Source: Polyangiaceae bacterium
GTDB taxonomy: Bacteria; Myxococcota_A; Polyangia; Polyangiales; Polyangiaceae
Assembly: GCA_033763455.1 (NCBI GenBank)
Contig: JANRKO010000015.1
Span: 1-13,642 of the forward strand
Length of the DNA stretch: 13,642 nucleotides
Direction of reading: 5' to 3'
Shown piece by piece: positions 8,923 to 13,642 of the stretch; position 1 is the stretch's first letter, and the number at the start of each line of letters is the position of its first letter. A model generated the notes under the pieces. The model did not search any database. It saw nothing but the letters and a program-made list of their open reading frames with translations, and was not told the origin of the DNA. The position numbers were made by a program, and so were the translations under genes.

Positions 8923-8928
8923 TTGGGC
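8845..8928 (+). other. attC site (84 bp, subtype A)
   Basis: R'' GCCCAAC, CGCTTGCAG/CTGAAGCG arms with an extra G, R' GTTGGGC. Confidence 0.95.
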
Positions 8929-9462
8929 AGACGCTTGGGTAATTTTGGTTTGGTGTCGCTAAAGAGCCTGCTGTTGTGCCCAGGGTGCTTGGCGCGGCCT
9001 TCCGACTCGGACACCGCCTCCTTCGCGGCTTTCCTTCGCATTTGGTGCCCCTGATTCAATGGCATCGCGTCGGGTGCCGCCCTCGCGCTCTTTCCTCCAG
9101 GAATGCTGCCTTCGCTCGATTCGCAATTAATGTTAGCTGGCTGCTGTGCATTCTCGAATGAGCGTTGCAGCTGCTGGTCGATGCCTTCCGAGACTGACGG
9201 GCGCTGTTCTCCGCCTTGGAGATGACTGCCCTCGCGGGTTTCTCTTGCGCTTGGTGCCCATCGGCCTTTGCACTGCGTCGGGTGCCATCCTCGCGGCTTC
9301 GTGCACACGCATGCCTTCCTCGCTGATGTTTCCAAGCGGGGCGCCGCTCCGATGTGCCTTGCTCTCGGTTCCCTCGCACGGCGATGCCCAACAGGCGCTT
9401 GCAGCTGACGAGGCCGTCGCTCGCTTCGCTCACTCTGGCCCTCGCAGCTGAAGCGTTGTACG
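8923..9462 (+). mobile_element. Cassette 2 (540 bp), gene-less repeated family, copy B
   Basis: First 48 nt from the core G are identical to cassettes 1 and 3; ends in attC 9386-9468. Confidence 0.9.
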
Positions 9463-9468
9463 TTGGGC
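9386..9468 (+). other. attC site (83 bp, subtype A)
   Basis: GCCCAAC...CGCTTGCAGCTGAC...GCAGCTGAAGCG...GTTGGGC. Confidence 0.95.
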
Positions 9469-10005
9469 AGACGCTTGGGTAATTTTGGTTTGGTGTCGCT
9501 AAAGAGCCTACTGTTGTGCCGTCGAAGCTTGGCGCGGCCTGCCGACTCGGACACCGCCTCCTTCGCGGCCTTCTCTTGCGTTTGGTGCCCCTGATTCAAT
9601 GGCTTCGCGTCGGGTGCCGCCTTCGCGCTCTTTCCGCCAGGAATGCCACCTTCGCTCGATTCGCCAGTCATGTTAGCTTGCCGCTGTGTATTCTTCGAAA
9701 GAGCGCTGCAGCTGCTGGTTGCTGCTTTTTCGAGAGTGCCAGGCGCTGCTTTCCGGCCCGGACACCGCCGTCTTCGCGGGTTTCTCTCGCGTTTGGTGCC
9801 CACCGGCCATTGCACGGCGTCGGGTGCCGAGCTCGCGGTCTTGCGAGCCGTCATGCCTTCCTTGCTGCTTTTTCCAAGCGGGCCGCCGCTCTGATAGGCC
9901 TCGTTCTCCCTTCCTTCGCGCGGCGCTGCCCAACATGCGCTTGCAGCTGACGAGCGCCGTCGCTCGCTTCGCTCACTCTGGCCCTCGCACCTGAAGCGTT
10001 GTACG
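9463..10005 (+). mobile_element. Cassette 3 (543 bp), gene-less repeated family, copy C
   Basis: 9898-10011 is identical to 8815-8928 of cassette 1 (114 bp). Confidence 0.9.
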
Positions 10006-10011
10006 TTGGGC
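9928..10011 (+). other. attC site (84 bp, subtype A), identical to 8845-8928
   Basis: GCCCAAC 9928-9934, GTTGGGC 10005-10011. Confidence 0.95.
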
Positions 10012-10626
10012 GGACCTTCGGCCATTTCCATTGAGGGCCGACATGGACGCTCGCTGATTACCTTCTTTCGGAAGGGCAGGTGTCGAACCGGATTTGTGCC
10101 TGACCCTCGATCGCGGGATGGCTGTTTGCCCCATCCTTCCTGCGTCGCTGCGTCGTAGTGCCTGACCGGCACTTCCGATTTGGCTGACGCAGGGTGGGCG
10201 CCTTCTGCTAGGTGGCTTAGCCGCTTCGCTGTCCGATGTGCTTCGCCACCTTTCTGATTGCTGCCCTTCCGTCCCGGCCCTTCGCACAGCTCGTCCCGCG
10301 CAACGAAGTTAAACTGAGCCTCGGGCCGTGCCGTTCTGCCCTTCCGGTTTCGTCGTTGCTCAGGATCCCGGGCTTTCCCTTGATCATCGGCTCGCCTCGA
10401 CGTCTTGTTGGGCTTCTTCTCGCGTTCGGTGCCCCGCTCACTCTTGCTAAAGCCGTTTTCGGCCCGAACACCTCGGCCAGCTGCGCTCTCCGACTGGGGA
10501 ACGGATCGCTGATTAGCTGCATTTTGCCACTACTGCTTCCCTGCGCCCAACAAAGCGTTGCAGCTGACGAGCTTGTCGGTCGCCCCAAGGGGCTCCCTCT
10601 GGCGCTCGCAGCTGAACGCCGGTACG
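10006..10626 (+). mobile_element. Cassette 4 (621 bp), no convincing ORF, unrelated to the repeated family
   Basis: The first SD-preceded ATG (GAGGGCCGACATG) stops after four codons (MDAR*). Other ORFs cross the attC or lack recognisable motifs. Confidence 0.75.
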
Positions 10627-10632
10627 TTGGAC
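10545..10632 (+). other. attC site (88 bp, subtype B)
   Basis: GCCCAAC-AAAGCGTTGCAGCTGAC...GCAGCTGAACGCCGGTAC-GTTGGAC. Confidence 0.95.
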
Positions 10633-10650
10633 GGACCGAGAGCCACGGAC

Positions 10651-11424
10651 ATGAGCGATACAGATGACCGTTGTCACCCGCTGCATGCTTCGGAGCGCCT
10701 CTGGCACGAGAGATACCCCTCAGCCTTGGCCGTTTTCTGCGCTGGCTCGGTAATTCGCGGCGAGGCTTTTGCTTCTTCGGACCTCGACGTTGTTGTCCTA
10801 TTCCGCCAACTCCCCAATGCCTGGCGCGAGTCCTTTCACTTCCTGGGCTGGCCTGTTGAGGTCTTCCCTCACGACCCGGAGACTCTCGCTTACTTTGTGC
10901 GAGATGATTGTAAGGGTGGCGTGCCTTCCCTGGCGTCGATGCTTGCAGAGGCCCTGATTGTGCCTGGCTCAAGTCCCCGCGCCGATCGCGTACAGACGTG
11001 GGCAAGGGCCATCGTCGACAGTGCTCCACCTCGCCCTTCACTCGCCGCTCTCGATCAGGAACGCTATGGCATCACAGACCTCTTGAACGACTTTCGCGAC
11101 AACCGAGCCCGTCCCGAGCTGCTGGCCATCGCGTGTAAGCTGTACCTTCAGGTATCTAACTTTTGCCTCAAATCACGCGGGCATTGGCTGGGCTCCCCCA
11201 AACGGCTACCGCGGTCCCTCCGCCATGTGAGCCCAGAACTCTCCGCGGCAGTGGAAAATGGCTTTGAAATTTTCTTTAAGACGGGCCTCCGCAACGAAGC
11301 CATCAACGCTGTCCAACTTGCGTTGGAACCATTTGGTGGCGAACTCTTCGACAGTTTTCGTTCCGATGCCCCAGGAGATTGGCGCCTTCCAACTACAGAT
11401 ATCCCTTGGGCAAACGGCCTATGA
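10651..11424 (+). CDS. Nucleotidyltransferase (Pol beta superfamily) domain protein, 257 aa; gene of cassette 5 (10627-11536)
   Basis: GS...DxD signature (CAGSVIRGEAFASSDLDVVV), third acidic residue in PVEVF, helical C-terminal region. ATG 10651 lies just after the cassette core site; the ORF-track start 10558 is inside the attC. Confidence 0.88.
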   Translation: MSDTDDRCHPLHASERLWHERYPSALAVFCAGSVIRGEAFASSDLDVVVLFRQLPNAWRESFHFLGWPVEVFPHDPETLAYFVRDDCKGGVPSLASMLAEALIVPGSSPRADRVQTWARAIVDSAPPRPSLAALDQERYGITDLLNDFRDNRARPELLAIACKLYLQVSNFCLKSRGHWLGSPKRLPRSLRHVSPELSAAVENGFEIFFKTGLRNEAINAVQLALEPFGGELFDSFRSDAPGDWRLPTTDIPWANGL

Positions 11425-11455
11425 GACTGACGTCTTGTTACTTCCTCGCCGAGCC

Positions 11456-11542
11456 GTCCAACAAAGCGTTGCAGCTGACGATCGCTTCGGTCGCGCTGTG
11501 CGCTCCCTCTAGCGCTCGCAGCTGAACGCCGGTACGTTGGGC
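11456..11542 (+). other. attC site (87 bp, subtype B)
   Basis: R'' GTCCAAC is the complement of this cassette's own start GTTGGAC (10626-10632); R' GTTGGGC 11536-11542. Confidence 0.95.
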
Positions 11543-12076
11543 ATGCGCTTAGGTGGTTGTGGTTTGGCTTCGCTAAAGAGCCTGCTGTTGCGCCGAGGTT
11601 GCTGGGCGCGGCCTGCCGACTCGGACACCGCCTCCTTCGCGGCCTTCCTTGCGTATGGTGCCCCTGATTCGGTGGCTTCGCGTCGGGTGCCGCCTTCGCG
11701 CTCATGGTTCCGGAAATGCCGCCTTCGCTAATACTGCGTAACAAGTTAGCTTGCTGCTGTCATTCTCGGGAAGAGCGCTGCAGCTGCTGGAATCTGTGGT
11801 TTCGAGGCTGCCGTGCGCGGCTTTCCGACTCGGACACCGCCGTCTTCGCGGGCTTCTCTCGCGTATGGTGCCCACCGGCATTCGTACCGCGTCGGGTGCT
11901 TCGCTCGCGGCTTCGTGGGCGATCGTGCCTTCCTTGCTGTTGTTTCCAAGCGGGGCGCCGCTCAGATATGCCTTGTCGCCTCTCCATCGCACGGCGATGC
12001 CCAACAGGCGCTTGCAGCTGACGAGGCCGTCGCTCGCTTCGCTCCCTCTGGCCCTCGCACCTGAAGCGCTGTAACG
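11537..12076 (+). mobile_element. Cassette 6 (540 bp), gene-less repeated family, copy D (visibly more diverged)
   Basis: Shares CGCTAAAGAGCCTGCTG, CCGACTCGGACACCGCC, GCGTCGGGTGC and TTTCCAAGCGGG blocks with cassettes 1-3. Confidence 0.9.
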
Positions 12077-12082
12077 TTGGGC
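11999..12082 (+). other. attC site (84 bp, subtype A)
   Basis: GCCCAAC 11999-12005, GTTGGGC 12076-12082; nearly identical to attC 9386-9468. Confidence 0.95.
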
Positions 12083-12090
12083 GGACCGAC

Positions 12091-12396
12091 ATGCCGACCT
12101 GGGACGACGTTATTGCTCGCGAATTTCCCTGCAAGAAGTGCAAGGGAACATTTCGGGTTCCCGGTCCGATTGACGATTCAGGTCTCTCCGAAATTCGGCA
12201 ACTGCTCGAGAGCGGGCAACCTATTTCCGCAATTCGCCGGATCCGAGAACTTACCGACGCGGAGTTGCGGGACGCCAAGGGCATGTACGAGCACGTCACT
12301 ATTTTTCGCGGCAGGTGTCGCGAGTGCAGCCTTCCGTTGCCAAGCGGGGTCCTCGCCGATTGTCCACAGTGCGGCGCGCTAAACATCAATGCCTGA
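12091..12396 (+). CDS. Hypothetical 101-aa protein with three CxxC motifs and an L7/L12-CTD-like helical motif; gene of cassette 7 (12077-12751)
   Basis: ATG 15 nt after the core-site G; CKKC, CREC and CPQC; ISAIRRIRELTDAELRDAK resembles the I.AIK..RE.T..GL.EAK motif. Confidence 0.75.
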   Translation: MPTWDDVIAREFPCKKCKGTFRVPGPIDDSGLSEIRQLLESGQPISAIRRIRELTDAELRDAKGMYEHVTIFRGRCRECSLPLPSGVLADCPQCGALNINA

Positions 12397-12670
12397 TGTG
12401 CTCCCCCACGGTTCCAGACTCGACACATCATGCGTCTACCCGAGGTTCCAAGACCTGAGAACTGAAGGTATACCTTCTCCAGCATCACCGTCCTGGATTG
12501 AACCGAATAGCTGACCGCTCCTGGTGCTGCGACCAGTTCACCGTCGTCATATTTCAGGATGACTTTCAAGGCACACTCCTCGGCCAGCGCGACGCCCAGG
12601 ATGCATGCGCTATTCTCATTGCACTTCGAGCGCTTGTCGAGACGTTCGGGCGAGCTCTAACCGCGGCGCC

Positions 12671-12757
12671 GCCCAACAAACCGTTGCAGCTGACGAGCGC
12701 TTCGGTCGGCTTGCAGCCTCCCTCTAGCACTCGCAGCTGAACGCCGGTACGTTGGAC
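12671..12757 (+). other. attC site (87 bp, subtype B)
   Basis: GCCCAAC 12671-12677 ... GCAGCTGAACGCCGGTAC GTTGGAC 12751-12757. Confidence 0.95.
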
Positions 12758-12765
12758 GGACAGTC

Positions 12766-13215
12766 ATGGAGGCGATGGCAGTAACGATCGGGTCCACCGG
12801 AGGAAACAGGGTGGTATTACGACCGCACGTGCGATCGCGTGGAGATGCCCTCGATTACTGGGACGGCAATTGGATCGATTGTACGGTAGTTGTCGCAGCA
12901 GGCGGGTTCCGAGGTGAGTACGTCGCGTGTTTGAGAGCTGAGGAATTCGTTTCCTTTCGCCGTGACCTGGAGCGACTTTACGCCGAACTTCGCGGCCAGG
13001 GTCAATTTCGATCGATGGAAGAGTGGGTCACACTCGATTTTGCCGGAGACGGACGGGGAACCTTCCGCGGTACCTGCCGTTTGCGAGATCGCGCGGGCGA
13101 CGGCAACCTCTTAGAATTCGGAATTGAGTTCGACCAAACCGATGTCCCAGCGATGGTTCGAGACTTGAAGGAAATCGAAGAGGCTTTCCCGGTAGTTGGG
13201 GACCCCGGTGGCTAA
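12766..13215 (+). CDS. Conserved hypothetical protein, possibly WapI-like immunity family, 149 aa; gene of cassette 8 (12752-13422)
   Basis: ATG right after the core site; motifs DYWDGNWI, F.SME.W, GDGRG and FDQT. I recall these from proteins annotated as WapI-family immunity proteins; the family call is unverified. Confidence 0.7.
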   Translation: MEAMAVTIGSTGGNRVVLRPHVRSRGDALDYWDGNWIDCTVVVAAGGFRGEYVACLRAEEFVSFRRDLERLYAELRGQGQFRSMEEWVTLDFAGDGRGTFRGTCRLRDRAGDGNLLEFGIEFDQTDVPAMVRDLKEIEEAFPVVGDPGG

Positions 13216-13338
13216 CTTGACGTTGATAACGTGCCACGATGCCCGACGGCAAGCGCTTGAGGGTCTTGTCCGGATAGCGCAACGCGAACCCAATAGAGCG
13301 TGTCCCAGCCACTTCCAATCACCACCATCAATCGAGCC

Positions 13339-13428
13339 GTCCAACAAAGCGTTGCTGCCGACGAGCGCCTCGGTCGCCCCGAGCGGGGCTCCCTCTAGCG
13401 CTCGCAGCAGAACGCCGGTACGTTGGGC
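13339..13428 (+). other. attC site (90 bp, subtype B) with a compensatory arm change
   Basis: R'' GTCCAAC complements the cassette start GTTGGAC; arms TTGCTG/CAGAA replace TTGCAG/CTGAA seen in the other sites. Confidence 0.95.
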
Positions 13429-13642
13429 AGACGCTTGGGTTGTTTTGGTTTGGCCTCGCTAAAGAGCCTGCTCTTGTTCCGAGGCTGCTTGGCGCGGCCT
13501 GCCGACTCGGACACCGCCTCCTTCGCGGCCTTCTCTTGCGTTTGGTGCCCCTGATTCTATGGCTTCGCGTCGGGTGCCGCCTTCGCGCTCTTTCCTCCAG
13601 CAATGCTGCCTTCGCTCAATTCGCAAGTAATGTTAGCGTGCT
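13423..13642 (+). mobile_element. Cassette 9 (truncated by window), gene-less repeated family, copy E
   Basis: TTGGGCAGACGCTTGGGT...CGCTAAAGAGCCTGCT...CCGACTCGGACACCGCCTCCTTCGCGGCC, as in cassettes 1-3. Confidence 0.9.

Noticed and set aside
8529..10172. 547-aa minus-strand ORF and other ORFs across the repeated cassettes
   Set aside because: It crosses three attC sites, reads homologous segments in different frames in different copies, and is explained by T-poverty of the minus strand.
10558..10650. N-terminal extension of the nucleotidyltransferase in the ORF track
   Set aside because: It mostly lies within the preceding attC; ATG 10651 is the cassette-internal start.
12498..12740. 80-aa plus-strand ORF (and likewise 13196-13462)
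   Set aside because: Both run into attC sites, have weak starts and show no recognisable motifs.
8845..13428. Regular repeats as a CRISPR array
   Set aside because: Repeats are 83-90 bp with attC architecture, separated by hundreds of bp, next to intI; no cas genes.

Overview
The gene content suggests a myxobacterium-like genome (inferred, not verified). Left half (1-7143): the 3' end of an IS4-family (IS50/Tn5-like) transposase, a stand-alone receiver-domain protein, an unannotated 43-aa single-TM ORF, a YceI-like lipoprotein, a large carboxypeptidase-regulatory-like repeat + PDZ protein and a Cys-rich VWA protein, with short intergenic tandem repeats. Right half (7145-13642): an integron with intI on the minus strand, an attI-like site at ~8370-8387 and at least nine cassettes delimited by eight 83-90 bp attC sites; the array runs off the window. 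Only three cassettes carry a convincing gene: a nucleotidyltransferase, a small CxxC/L7-L12-like protein and a possible WapI-like immunity protein. Five cassettes (1, 2, 3, 6, 9) are diverged copies of one ~540-bp gene-less unit. This unit is very A-poor, internally duplicated, rich in hairpins conserved between copies, and has its own attC subtype. It is the best candidate for an undescribed system: an integron-amplified structured ncRNA or ssDNA element.
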